Positions 50,233-63,954 of a stretch of DNA of 64,000 bases are shown one piece after another. The notes under the pieces were generated by a model. The model was not told where the DNA came from and did not search any database. It saw only the letters and a list, made by a program, of their open reading frames with translations. Within the stretch, counting starts at the first letter, position 1, and every line of letters begins with the position of its first letter. The DNA comes from Camelus dromedarius. Taxonomy: Eukaryota. The position numbers were made by a program, and so were the translations under genes. Location: positions 60,700,001 to 60,764,000 of the forward strand of contig NC_087436.1 of the NCBI RefSeq assembly GCF_036321535.1, read 5' to 3'.

Positions 50233-50829
50233 CCATAACCCACTGCCCATTTGGGAATATGAATGAATGGAAAATGTCAGTGGTCATGAAGATGAACACT
50301 TTTGTTACTTCACTTGCTTTGTTTTTCTTTCTTCCCCATTGATAAGAGGAGAGTACGCTGGAGGAAAGCCAAAATGTTCAGAACTATTCACACTATTTAA
50401 TAGCTTTACAGTTTCAAATTTCAAGCAAATCTTCTCCAGAGCCCTCTTGTGGACTCAGAAATGGTGATTCCCAGGAAGTGACAAAAGCTTGCCTAGTTGC
50501 CAAAAGTGTTTGTGTGGAAAACACAAAGAAGGTGAAGGAGATGGAGAGTAAGGAAAACAATTCTCTATTCCTAGACTAAATAGTCACCTTTCTAAGCCCA
50601 ATAGAAGAGACGAATTGTGGGATGCTTTTCCACCTTTCATCATATGACTCACTTCCTCCTTTCCTCAAACCCACTTAAATGCATTTTAGATATTGTCTTC
50701 CTCTTATCTCAGCACTTACTGCAATTGTTTTATATTTTTTGTCTCTCTCCCCACTCTAACGTACATTTCATGAGGGTATGGACAATCTTATCTTGCTCAC
50801 CATGGAACTGAACATGGTACAGAGTGCTT

Positions 50830-51565
50830 GTGTCAGAAAACTCATGTCCTTTCAGCCTCACCTTCATTCCAGCCAAGGATTTGATCAGCTTCCCCCATCT
50901 GTATCTGTCGATATCCCATGTTGCTCAGTACCACACACCTTCCTGACCCAGGACTTCCGTGCTCCAAGGTGCAGCTGGCCCACATCTTGAAGGGAATTCT
51001 TTGATGAATTGGATCAACACTCCCAAAAGGGAGGACTTGAGTGCTGTAAGGAGCAGACTATACTGAACTCTTTGCTGTACCATTTCCTTTCCTCTCAGTT
51101 CTGCCTCTTATTTCAGCCCCTGGTCCTTTCAAGAAGCCAAATTTGCACTGGCTTAATTAACTCACTTTGGCCACGACTACCTATTTCTCAATTCCTGCCC
51201 TACGGCCTTTCTAATGCTACAGTATGAGTTTCCCAGGTGAACCCACTCAAACATGTACAAGCCAGGAGTATGAGCTACTGAAAATTTGTAGGATTACCCT
51301 TGGTCAATGGAAGGCAGGATTTCACAGATAAATGTTTCTCTTTTTCAACCCTGGCGTACACAGTCTTGAGAAACATTCATAGAGTTCCTCAAACAGTCCC
51401 AGAGGATTGAGCATGGGTTAGGAACAATGATGGCCATCTCGACAACACATTCTTACTTTACTCCACTAATTCCTCACTTCTGCTCTCTGGGCTCATGTCT
51501 AATTAGATTACTGAAGGCATATTTTCATCTCAGACTCTGAACTGGGATCAATCCAGACTAGGAAA
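50830..51565 (+). mobile_element. LTR16-like ERVL LTR inserted into an L2 3' end
   Basis: ttggtcaatggaa...cagataaatg...cagtcccagaggattgagc...catctcagactctg...ccagactagga; L2 tail motifs on both sides. Confidence 0.65.
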
Positions 51566-51639
51566 TATTCATTGAATAAACCAACAAACAATGAATATTG
51601 ATTATTCTCCAAATTCCCTGAACAGTCCATCTTTTTTCA

Positions 51640-52790
51640 TTACTCTTTCTCTGTCCAACCTTAAAATGTTGATATTCTCCAGACTTCTAATTTACACTGT
51701 CTTTCCTTCTAGGCAAATAAAATTACCCTGAGCATTCCCATACACAGCAAGGCTGCAACTAATCTCCATTCTGCCTTTTATCTCTTACCCTGGACCCTCT
51801 CAGAAACTCCAAACTATACATGTATGCATGTGCACATCAATATAGAGTGAATACACTTCCACATATAATATCCTAGTTTTTCCACTTGAATATTCTGTAA
51901 ACACTTCAAGCTCAGTATATCTAAAGAAGAAATCATTATCTTCCTCCTGAAATCTACCTCTCTTTCTAGGTTCCCTATATTGAGGAATGGTATCACCATC
52001 CATTCAAACCCCCAAGTCAGAAATTCAAATCTTTATTCTAATCCATCATTATTCATATCCAATCAGTTACCAAGTCTTACCCGTTATATCTCTTAAACAT
52101 AATGTAAATTTCTCCCCAATTAAAACTTCCACTACCACTTAGTTAAATTAGAATGTTTCTACTGCTGTGATAACATCATAACTAGTTTCTCCAATTTTAT
52201 TCTCATGCCTGTATCCTGATACACTGAATTTCCTAAAATTCTTGTCTCTTTCTTCTTTTAATTCCTGAATGGTATCTTATGGCCCCTAGTTCAAAGATGA
52301 GATTTCTTAACCAAAATTTCAAGGTCCTTCATCATATGGACCTTGTCTACTCCTCTCATTCTTTATCTTACTGTTTCTACATATACTTTTTTTATCAATC
52401 ATAGAAAACTCCCAAATAAGCCATGCTCTTTTCTACTTTTGTGTCATTTTTGTTTTCTGTAACAACCTTCTCTCTTGCCCACTCCCACTATCTGTCGTTC
52501 TTCAAGAAGTAAATCAAATTTTACTTCCACCAAAAGATTTTACCAACTTCCCTCCCATCTTCCCCACCCCAAGGCTAGATTGGCTGTTACTCCTTATCAC
52601 ACTCTATCTTCTTTATCATGAATGTGTCTCCTGTGATAGTATTATCACAAAGTATCTTAACTATTTATGTTCTTAATTTTTTTAGACAAAATGTGACTTT
52701 AGGTTAGGGATTTATCAACTCTGTATTTTTGAGATACATCAGAGTATCTGAATATAACAACTCCTCAATTAATAGCTGTTGAATAACATA
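51640..52790 (+). mobile_element. L2 LINE 3' region
   Basis: tttccacttgaat...cacttcaagctcagtatatctaaa...ggtatcaccatccattc...tccaatcagttaccaagtc...tagctgttgaata. Confidence 0.75.
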
Positions 52791-54149
52791 ATCAGTGATA
52801 AAAGGGGCTATTGATTGTGTAACACTTTCAAAAGTAGACTCTAAAGTAGGCATTATTTCCCACCATTTTCTGGGAAGAAAATAATTTTAGAGAAAGTGAG
52901 AGACTCCCTCAAGTACACAGCTGAGAAATAGCAAAGTCACTTTGTAAATCTTTGTCTCCACGAATACAAAGCCCATACCCTTACTATATGCTACATCATC
53001 CCTCAAGGGCCAAATAAATTCTGTATGAAGAGAAAAGAGTCAGTATTATGAGAGGTAATGAAAAAAAAAAAAGATAAATTCTTAGGCCACCACAAATCTT
53101 TTTTTCTATTAATATTATTATTATTATTTTCCTGTTGGTTGTTATTATTTAGAGGAGAAAAGAGCTGTCTGGATCTTTTAACCAGCCACACTGACAGCAA
53201 AATCTTCAAATGACAAATCTCTCAAAATCATCAAGATCTACTTTGTCTTACTTATCTTTTCCGAATTTTGTATGATCAGTAAATGTCTTGACCTGAAATG
53301 GAACTGTTCCTTTTAATACTCACTACTCTTTATAATTTGACAAATAGAAAATAAAATAGACCAAATAATTTTGTTAAGCATAGAAGAAAATAGGATCTAA
53401 CACAAATAAAGACAAGAACACATTTTTAATCTTAGAAAAGATTGTCTTTGCTTGTCAAGCTGGTCAATATAAGTAAAAATAATAGCTAATTTTTTTCTGT
53501 TATTTTCCCTTAGAGCAGGAGTTTTGTTCTGAGCTAAAAGTTGCATTTGTTTTCAACACTCTGTTATTCCCTCTTCTTTTCTAGGTGTATAGATTTAAAA
53601 ACCCTTTGTCAGGCAATGCAAATAGTGCAGACATTCATAAAAAAATGAAAAGAAATAATATGACAGTCATTTTTCTACTGTATGGATTTGTGTGGAACTG
53701 TACCTTGGAAAACATTCTTAAAGATATTAAATTCTAGATGAGGATATACATTCTGAAATGTTAAGGGTACTGATAAAGCAAATTACTTTGAAAGCACCAA
53801 CAATTATTTGATATATTAATAGAGGAATGAATATAAGATGGTTACATAGTTGATAAATAATTATAGAAAAATATCAATTGTAGAATCTTGGTGATGAGCT
53901 TAAGAGTATCCATTGCATAATTCTTTCAACTTTTATGTATTTTGGATAATATTCATAATAAGATATGAAAAAATATAATTGATCTCATGCATAATTTCCA
54001 GACATAAGCCAGTTCTCAGATTCAGAATTCATTGACTGAAGAAAAATTCCAGCGTAACTAAGACAGGAAAAGAATATATAAGGAGTTTATAGTAGGCTCC
54101 AATAACAGAAGATTCTGAGGGTTCTAGAGAAGTGCTATGTTATCTATAC

Positions 54150-55422
54150 TATAGAAAGGATAGTCTCTTCAACAGATAGTGCTGGGAAAACTGGATATCC
54201 ACATGTAAAGGAATGAAATTGAACCCCTACTTCATGCCATACACAAAAATAAACTCAAATGGATTAAGGACTTTAAGATGAAACCATGAAACTACTAGAA
54301 GACACATAGGTGAAAAATCTTCATGACATTGGTCTCAGCAACGGTTTCATGGGGACAACACCAAAAGTAACGGCAACAAAAAGCAAAAATAGGTAAGTTA
54401 GACAACCTCAAATTAAAATGCTTCTACACAGCAAAGGAAACAATCAACAACATTAAAAGGCAACTTACAGAATGGGAGAAGAGATCTGCAAACCACCCAT
54501 CTGATAAGAGGTTAATATCTACCATATGTAAGTAACTCCTACAACTCAATTTCAAAAAACAGATAATTCAATTTTTAAATGGGCAAAGGATTTGAATAGA
54601 CATTTGTTCAACAAGGACATACAAATGGCCAATAGGTATATGAAAGGATCCTCAACACCACTAATCATCAGTGAAATATGAATCAAAACCACAATGAGCA
54701 CACACCTGTCAGGATGACTAATCAAAAAAATAATAATAATAAGACATTAAATATTGGTGAAGATGTGGAGAAATGAGAACACTTGCACACTGCTGATAGG
54801 AATGAATATTGGTGTAGCCACTGTGAAAAACAATAGAAATGTTCCTCAAAAAATTAAAAATTAAACTATCACATGATCTAGCAATCCCACTTCTAGGTAT
54901 TTATCCAGAAGAACTGAAATTAGGATCCCAAAAAGATATTAGCACTCCTATGTTCATTGCTACATCGTAGTAGCCAAGATGTGGAAACAATCTAAATGTC
55001 CTTCAACAGATGAAAAGTAAAGAAAATATGGTATATACATACAATGGAATACTATTCAGCCTTCTAAAAAGAAGGAAAATTCTGCAATATGCAACAACAT
55101 GGATGAACCTTGAGGACATTATGCTAACTGAAATGTCAGTCATGAAAAGACAAGACTGCATAATTCCACTTATATAAAATATCAAAAATAGTCAAATTCA
55201 TGGAACCAAAGAGTGGAATGGTGGTTGCCAAAGGCTGAAGGGAACGAGCAATTACTAATCAAGGGGCATAAAGTTTCAGTTAAGCAAGATGAATAAGCTC
55301 TAGAGATCTGCTTTACACCTTTGTGTCTATAGCCTACAAAAATGTTTTATACACTTAACAATTTGTTGAGATTGGATTTCATATTATATTCTTACCACAG
55401 TGAAGTAAAATGAAAAAAAAAT
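54150..55422 (+). mobile_element. L1MA-like ORF2 C-terminus and 3'UTR
   Basis: tagtctcttcaacagatagtgctgggaaaactggata...cacagcaaaggaaacaatcaac...aacatggatgaaccttgaggacattatgct...ttcttaccaca followed by an A tail. Confidence 0.92.
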
Positions 55423-55515
55423 TTCATCAGGTAAATGGCTGTTAAATGGATTTAATCTTAGATTTGCCTAACTTCAAATTCTGTGTTCTTTCCATTAAAA
55501 ATACTGCTACCCTAA

Positions 55516-56209
55516 TTGGTGCAGCCATTGTGGAAAACAGTATGGAGATTCCTCAAAAGATTAAAAATAGACTTACCCTATGACTCAGCAATCCCATTCC
55601 TGGGCATATATCCAGAAGGAACCCTAATTCAAAAAGACACCTGCACCCCCAAGTTCATAGCAGCACTATTTTCAATAGCCAAGACATGGAAACAACGCAA
55701 ATGTCCATTGACAGACAACTGGATAAAGAAGAGGTGGTATATTTATACAATGGAATACTATTCAGCTATAAAAAATGACAACATAATGCCATTTGCAACA
55801 ACATGGATGTCCCTGGAGAATGTCATTCTAAGTGAAGTAAGCCAGAAAGAGAAAGAAAAATACAATATGATATCACTCATATGTGGAATCTCAAAACAAA
55901 CAAACAAACAAAGCATAAATACAAAACAGAAACAGACTCACAGACATAGAATACAAACTTGTGGTTGCCGGGGGTGGGGGTGGGAGGGGACAGACTGGGA
56001 GTTTGAGATTTGTAGATACTGACAGGTATATATAGAATAGATAAGCACGTTTATACTGTATAGAACACGGAAATATATACAAGATCTTGTAGTAGCTCAC
56101 ATTGAAAAAGAATTTGAAAATGAATGTATGTATGTTCATGTATGATTGAAAAACTGCTGTACACCAGAAATTGACACAATATTGTAAACTGACTAACTCA
56201 ATAAAAAAA
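55516..56209 (+). mobile_element. Young 5'-truncated L1 with perfect TSD AAAAATACTGCTACCCTAA
   Basis: TSD at 55497-55515 and 56210-56228; TT/AAAAA endonuclease site; uninterrupted ORF2 C-terminal frame (VQPLWKTVWRFLK...YTMEYYSAIK). Confidence 0.96.
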
Positions 56210-57384
56210 AAAAATACTGCTACCCTAAAAACAATTTTGATTACAGAAAACTCTAATCTTACCAATGTTTGTGATCTCTGTGAAGAAAGATTAAATTAAT
56301 AGAGTGGCCTGGATGGGATATATGAATTACCAGAAAATGTTGAAAGAGATAACATGAATTTGGTCATGTATTTATCCAACTCTCTTCAAGGTATAGAAAT
56401 ATATCTAGTCTTCAAACGCCTTCCATTCCCTTGGGAAAATTTATTATTATTGTTTTGTTTTGTGTTTTAGTTTTGTGATACACAAGTATTTTATTAGCTC
56501 TTAACAATTTCTGGACAAAATGTCCCTTTGAAATTATCTAATAACATTTCCTAGTGTTTTATTTTCCATAAAATTATTAGGTTTATAATTGTGTTTCCTC
56601 AGTATCTTTAAAACAAGAAGATGTGCCCTGGGTAAAGGAAGTAAGTGCTCTAAGCACTGCAGGTACATTGCTTTATTATAAAGAATTAGGATTATTTTAC
56701 TCATCAGTGTTTCATGAGTCTATTTGATGAGTGAGATTTTAAGGGGCCTATTCACAGAGTTTCTGGACTTACAAAGCTGAGGACCAGCACCTAGGTAACA
56801 GAAATTCCATGTAAATAATATCTCCCAGCTGATATTTTCTAAGAATTATCTATCTTGACTTTGAACTACATCTGACACTTTCACTAATTCAAATTCAATC
56901 TATTATTTTATTGATGCTCTGCTTAATTATCTTTAATTGACAGGGATATAATTCTTCCCAAAGAATTAGTGTTTGGCAACTGAAAGCAATCAAGTACAAT
57001 TCATGTTTCTATTCAAGTGGGAGTGATTCAAATGAAACAAATCAGAAACATTAATCAATAAGTCTATGTGCTTCAGATAATCAACTAAGATTTTAACTAT
57101 GATTTTCAAGTTGATGGAAAAGCAGAAGAGTTTTGCTGTGTTATTTTTATTATTGAAAAGTACCGAAATACTATATTGGTAATATAAAAGAAGATGCTTG
57201 GAGTGAATGAGACTGAACTATAAAGAAAAATCACACTATGTTAACAAATCCTATTTTAAAATATTCAATTCCAAGTTCTCTATGCACTTTTAATTGATGT
57301 GTAAACAGAGATAAAATCATGAGCGAAGTCGGTCTCATCAGAACGATTGGTGATCTGTCTGGAATTTCCAGTACCTAAAATGAC

Positions 57385-57555
57385 AGGGAAAAGCACAGAG
57401 CACCTGGAGTGAAGCTCTGGCTTTGCCATATAATTATTAGCCTTATGATCTTATGGTTGTGTACCTTAACCTCTCTGAGGGTCAGATTTTTTTAATCTCT
57501 AAATGAAGACAGAGTACTTATCTCTCAGATTTTTAAGGATTACAGAAGATGATCC
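57385..57555 (+). mobile_element. MIR fragment
   Basis: ctctggctttgcca...ccttaacctctctgag...ctaaatgaag. Confidence 0.6.
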
Positions 57556-57559
57556 GTAT

Positions 57560-57920
57560 GTCTATTGCTACAGAGATAATACAGTTACATTTCTTCTTGG
57601 GAACACAGCTAAATTCTATTTTCCAACTTTGCCTAGAGTTAGGTATAGCCATGGGGTTTAATTCTGGACAGTGGGATGTTAGTGGAAACCACATAAGCCA
57701 TTTCCAGTATAGGCTCCTACAATGTCCTCCACAATCCTCCAAACTCTGTCTCCCAAGTGCTGGCTAGATGACTTCAGGACTTTAAAGAGCACAGAATATT
57801 CACCATCAAACCTGGCTGCTAAACTACTGTAGTTCCAGAAGGCCCTCATTAGACTATGAGGTGAACATAAAGCAAATTTGACTATGGCTGTGCTTGCACA
57901 AAAGTTAGCTGACACTGTCA
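57560..57920 (+). mobile_element. MLT1I/J-like LTR
   Basis: tgggaacacagcta...gttaggtatagccatg...ttctggacagtgggatg. Confidence 0.6.
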
Positions 57921-58029
57921 AATACTACAGAAATGCTGTTCTTTTCTTTTTCCATTATTAACTCGTAGCTTCTGAGTTGCACATAAAAGTAAAAGGAAAT
58001 CTACTGTCTGACAACCCAAGTGTCACTGA

Positions 58030-58790
58030 TCTGATTTAATTAACTTATTTAACCCCATGTGCCAAGGAAGTGTCTAGACACTGAAAATAGAGAAATTCAA
58101 CATAGTTAATGTCCTTATGTAGCAATTATTCTTGTGAGTGAAAGGACAATAAGTAAACAAATTTACATATACACACATACAGCAGGCACACACATGTTTT
58201 ATATAGTTCATATATTATGTATGTTACCTGTCATATATACATAATATATGCTATGGATGTATACATATTACACACAAATATATATATATACACACAGGAA
58301 ATAAGTTCTATGAATAAAAATCTACCTATGAAGAGCATATGGTGCAACAGGAGACTGCATTAAAGCAGGGGTGGCTCTGAGACGTCTCATTGTGGGGTGA
58401 ACTAAAGTATGAATGAAGTGAGAGGATGAACCACTCCAAACAGAAGCAACTGCAAATGCAAAAGTCTGAACAGAAATTTGCTTGATACCTTTGAGGCATC
58501 TCAAGGAGGGAAGAGTAGAGACCAGAGGGCAAGGGCTAGTGTAGTAGGAAGTGAGGCCACACACTTGAACAGAGGCCAGATCGTGTAGGAACACGGCCAT
58601 AACTAGGATTTTGGATTTTATCTGAAACCCAGTGGGAACAACAGAAGAGTTGAGACCAGAGAAACTATGCAGCTAACCATCGTTAAATATAGCCACTGTG
58701 GCTGCTGTGCAGAGAACAGACTGCCAACAGCAAGAGTGGGAAGGAGTCAGGAGGCCTTGGGATGGTCCGCATGAGAGATGGTGCTGTTAC
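58030..58790 (-). mobile_element. L2 fragment containing (TA/CA)-rich low-complexity sequence
   Basis: catgtgccaagg...gccagatcgtgtagg...ggattttggattttatctga...cactgtggctgctgtg. Confidence 0.7.
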
Positions 58791-58849
58791 TGAACCAGGT
58801 TCTTTTTGCACCTTATCTCTTCTTGGTCCAAATTTTACTCCAGACTTTG

Positions 58850-59913
58850 CTTCCACAAAGCTTTGTGTGCTGTGACCTGACAGCTGCCAGCACCTCACCT
58901 CGCTTGCCCCACTGTACTGCCCTGGGGCTCCCCAAGGCCTTGGTGTGGGACACCTGTAGGAACTCACACCCCACATGGGACTGGTGTGAATGGCTCAATG
59001 TGTGATGGAGCTAACATGCCTCAAGTCAACCCAAAAGCAAAGGAGCATGAGAGCTAATCGGTGAATATTCCCTCCTTCCATCCCTCGAGTGGGCAATTTT
59101 GAGGCTCTTTCTAATAGTTCCTCAGAAGTTCAAGGCAGGATCAAACTCTAGGAACACATTTTAGTAATCAGTTTATAATATACTTTGACAATGGCTTTCC
59201 TTCCTTCTCTGTTGTACTTTCTCCAGTCCCTCAGTCTTTCTCCCTGGAATCATGTCCCAAATAAATCATCAGTATGCAATTAGAAAGCAAATCTTCACAA
59301 CGGGACACTGAAGTAGATCACTCATCAAATATAGGATGAGAGCCATAGGATGTGCTAATATGTTTCACTAACCCTCTGCTATTATGTCGTTCCCAGAAAC
59401 CATTGTCAGATACCACCTTAAAGACTTCGTGATGGATTGAACTTGATTAAAGGAAACTGTGGTACAAGCTATGAATAGAGCTGAACACCTTCTATACCCT
59501 CCCTCACCTCTTCCTGGCCACCCATCTTTCTGAGACAACCAGCACCAAGTAGATACAACCAGACAGCACCTGCCCCAGCTACACTGCCTACCTCTTGATT
59601 TCTTACTCAGATTCTCTCTAACACAACCTTGAGGGACTCTTGCACCAAGTTCCTTGGCACTCACACAGCCTGAGGAAGCTGGCAGGTTGACCACCAAGGA
59701 GCCAATTCTAAATCGTATTTTCCATGGCTTCTCAGAGGCCACAGGGCAAGATCAACTCCACTCACTTGCAGTCATGATATTTGCACTTACTCTCACTTCC
59801 TCTGTTACACTCTCCAATTCTTAATTTTTATTCATGTGATCAGTTCCCAAATAAACCATCTGTATGCAACTTTTATCTCAGGTTCTACTTTGGGGGAGAA
59901 GCCAGGCTGAGAC
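58850..59913 (+). mobile_element. Two adjacent LTR16-like ERVL LTRs or fragments
   Basis: tccctggaatcatgtcccaaataaa (~59240-59265) and ttcccaaataaacc...tctcaggttctactttggggg...ggctgagaca end at ~59913. Confidence 0.6.
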
Positions 59914-60074
59914 AGTTCATTCGACAGGCAATATTGCTAACTAGCTTTGAGAATATCACTATAATTCTTGGTTACACAGGTTCTACCTTTGTAGAAAGAA
60001 TAAGGAGATGCTCATTTCAGGGCCAGCTTTTGTTAATTCCTAAATGTGATGACCACAGTAAATAAAATGTAATT

Positions 60075-60600
60075 TTTTGTACTCAGCATCCATTCCCATC
60101 TTCTCTTAGTGGGCTTTTTGGAACTACAGAGGCTGGGAAGCGAAAGATCATATTTCATAGACTCTTTTATGCCCAGCATTCCCAAGGTGAATTCAGTTTC
60201 TCCAGAATTTGAAGGTAGAAAAAAAAATAGAATTTATCTTCCTATTGTTTGGGACTATTTTCTGCTAGGAGGTGGAGTCCTGAAGGCACAGGTTTTTCCA
60301 CAGCATCTGCTTTTCAGTCACCAAACTCCTGAGTTTTGAAAGCAGCTGGGGTGGAGGCAGCAACTTCCTGATTTTCTAGAGACCACAGTGGTATGTTCTT
60401 CAACTCAGTAATCCTGGAGGCAGACTCCTAACTTCCTACCATCAGATGCTGGCAAGGCTCCTCTATCAGTCAAGTTCATGGTACTGAGGAAGTTATTCTG
60501 ATGAGTCTAGAACCCACTCCTCTAGTCCCTTCCACAATTTTGTAAGCACCTGCTTCTGTATATTATATCCCTTTTTGTTCAAAATATTTTAAACAGTAAA
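60075..60600 (+). mobile_element. LTR33-like ERVL LTR
   Basis: catccattccc, gcagcaacttcctgat, ttttgtaagcacc...tatccctttttgttcaaaata. Confidence 0.45.
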
Positions 60601-61794
60601 CATATATAGGAGATATATATATATATTATAAGCTGATACATGCAGCTTATTCCTGTTCTGGGTAAATATTTCACTCCAGGAATCAATAATTTCGATGTAC
60701 AGCATAGAGACCTTATCAGAACTGCTGGACATTTATATGGCCCGTCCTTCCCAATAATCCCCAAACCTGGGGTAAGTCTGAGGAATGATGATGGCTACCC
60801 GAACTCAGGAAAATTACACCCCACAAACATCACCACAACCCTAGCCCCTGGCACAAGCCTAGATTCCCATTCTTAGGGCAGCCATATTAAATAGGAAAAT
60901 ATTAAAACTCCATTTGAGACAGAAAGCACCATAGTCACTCCATAATTAAAACACTCTAGCTTGAAGTTTCATTGGAGAAACGAGTCCCAAGTAAATACAT
61001 TTCATAACAGGGGAAGAAAGGTGTTAGAGGAGAGTGTGTCTTAAAGGGCAAGCTCTTTTAACCATCAAATGTCAAAAAAGCATCAACTGATTTGAAAAGA
61101 AAATCTATTTGTATTATTCATTTTCTTTTAAGCAAAAGTTTCTGGATATTAGTTGACCTCTATTGAAGCTCCCTAGTGATTCATCAAATACAATGTCAAT
61201 CTCAGACATGACAATTTTATCCTCTACACTTCTTTTATTAGTTATTCCCTGTTGCAGACCCTCTTTACAATGGTCTTCTACTTCAGATAATCAGATCTGC
61301 CAAATTTTGTGTAAATTGGAATCAGGAAGAGCTAAATGAGGAATAAGTCTGGGGCTCATTCCTTGTTAGTCAAGTAATTGATTTTGAAATGCAATTTTAT
61401 ATTGAAATGTAAAATTTCAGTGTCTAGGTAATCCTTTTAACAATTTCAGCTGATCAAAAGCTATTTTAGTTAATACTACTGATTTCCATATTTTGAGCCA
61501 CTGATGGAGTGGGAGCTGTTGAGTTATTTCAAGGAATGTAACTTTATTAAATGAACCATTATGCTTTGCATACAAAGATGCTACTCATTTTAAAATGGAT
61601 GTAGATAATATTTGGAGTGAAAAACACAAAATGATCTAAAAGAGTATCTGAATTCATAGTAGTGTTTGATTAGTATGCATTTTCTCAATAAGTAGGTAAT
61701 AAATACACAAGTACTGTCACACAGAGACTCTGTGTGTGTGTGTGTATACATTTATGTTAAGAAGGAGTCATAATACTTAGAAATGTCAAGTTAT

Positions 61795-62540
61795 TGTGCC
61801 AGAGAATAGAACTTGCCAGAAATGTGTCTGATAAGTAATGCAAAGACAAATACAAATTAAAATAAGAGGCTTAACTGTCCCTGTTAAAAATAAGAGAACA
61901 GATTTACCATCACTTTTTCTTAGAGTATTTACTTTAGAAAACTTGTAATTATAAGTTTTTTCTCTTCTTTTTGAAATGTATACAAATCCTTTTGAAAACT
62001 AGACGGGACTTTTGCCAACTTTATGACCAAACTTGTCTCTCTCAAGGACCTGAAAGACATCTCTTTAAAATGTGAACGTTAAAAAAAAAAAAAAAAAAAA
62101 AAAGCTCATCTCCCAGTTTCCATATGAAGGTAGGAAGCTAACTTCAGTGGATGTCTTGCTCCAAGCTGCAAAACTATCACCTGTTATAAAGATATGGGAA
62201 GTTAATTTTTTCTCTGGTAAATCCAGTGAGTTAGCACAGATGGTCACCCCAATTACCAGATGAAACTAGGATGGACTGCGTGTAAGAAATGGTGCTATTA
62301 AGTCCTCTTACCTGATGATTAGTTATTGTTTCTCTTGAGAACATGTATGTAATGGGTTGTATCTGTGTAAGTCTATAAAAGGCTGAGATTTCTTTCTATC
62401 TTTGCCACCTCTTAGTGGCCTGCCTATGATGTACATCATATTCTTATGCTTATTCAGAAGTAAAATTATTTTCTTCAGTCTTTGTGGAGAGAATTTCTGG
62501 GTTGGGAGAAGATCTTGTTTTTAGTTGTATTTCCCCAACA
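61795..62540 (+). mobile_element. MER34/MER39-like ERV1 solo LTR with an internal A23 run
   Basis: TGTGCCAGAG...TTTCCCCAACA termini; tttactttagaaaacttgtaatt, ctcaaggacctg, cagatggtcacccc, ctataaaagg (TATA-like). Confidence 0.8.
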
Positions 62541-63954
62541 GTAAAAAGGAAATTACTCTAAATATGAATCCAGCACTTAGATGATCAATATCAGTAGGTT
62601 TCATTTCAGAATTTCTACCCTTGCTCCCTCATCTCTGAGGTGCAAATCTTAATCGTGCAATCACTATTGAGCATGTAATGGGTAAGCCCTCTACTTACCT
62701 GTAAACCTTCACCCTCCTCTTCTGATTATGGTCAGGCTGTTAAAAAACATGTGATTATTCTTTCACTTTTCCTTCTTCTGCCTTTCCTTGGTCATTCTCA
62801 GTTCTTCAGATTTGTCCCATTGGAAACTGGTTTTCATCTCAGCCCTCACACTAAGCAGATACTCTGTCCCTGATTTTCCCTTCTGATTTTCTACTTCTAC
62901 AGTCCCAAATTATGGCCACGGGATGGAAATTCTCATCCTCATGCTTTGGCATTAACTTCATTTCAAATGGCTCCTCCCTTACCCCAGTTTCAGAGTTAGA
63001 ATAACTTGCACATTCAAAGAGATGCTATACTCATGTATTAGTGTTTTTCTTCTAAGGGTGCTAGAAGGTCCAAGATAATTCCACTGTGCCTCGGGCAGTC
63101 TTTTTTTTTTTTTTTTTTAATTTTATCAATAGGTCAGAACTACATTTCAATTGGCAATTATCAACACATCAGCTGACATAGTCTCTTGGGTTCTAGCACC
63201 TCGTTTTCAAACTGTCACCAGTACTGTGATATCCCACGTTTAAACGTCACTAGTGCTGATAGGGAAGTCTTACACGGCACACTGTATGGTCGGTGATGTT
63301 CATTAGCAATGACCCTGTACGTATTTCCCAAATGTGATTCCCAGACATAAGTAACATCCAGAACACCAGCTTGTTTAATTGGACTGTTCTGTTAGGCAGT
63401 GGCTCAATCAGGAAAGGAAGAAATAACATGTGCACTTTCAGAATTCACTGACTTCTGAGTCACACTCCTCCACAATGATTTAAACGCTGCCTAGGGCTGC
63501 TTTTGTGTTCAACAAAATTCCTCTTATTTTTGATGGACGCCCTAGTTGACAGTCTCATGAGGGAATACTGTATGACCTTTTTTGCTATTAGCAGCAATAA
63601 TAACAGAGTTTCCTGTCACATGTATCTTTTTAATTTAAGATATCATATCCAAAGTCATAGTTCATCTTTTGCTTTTCCATAATAATTTTTTAAATTATAA
63701 ACAGATCACTACATCATTTTTGAACTTATATATCAGTGATTCTTGGACTAGGAGTTACAACTCCATAGCACCTCAAAATACACTCTGATATGGAACAAAG
63801 GAAAGCCATCATTTTATTTTACCTAGAGGTTTTTAGTGCAGCCATGCATTAGGATGGATGTCCAGAAACCTAGCAGTAATGTTACCCAATTAATACCTGG
63901 GTTCACTGAACCACTTTGAAGTCAACACAAAAAAATGTTTTAAGAAATCATCTC

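Noticed and set aside
55516..56022. 168-aa ORF, the longest in the window
   Set aside because: It is the L1 ORF2 C-terminus of a 5'-truncated insertion with no true start; not a host gene.
56690..56740. Short hairpin actcatca...tgatgagt
   Set aside because: The stem is only about 12 bp with G-U pairs; too weak for a pre-miRNA or MITE call.
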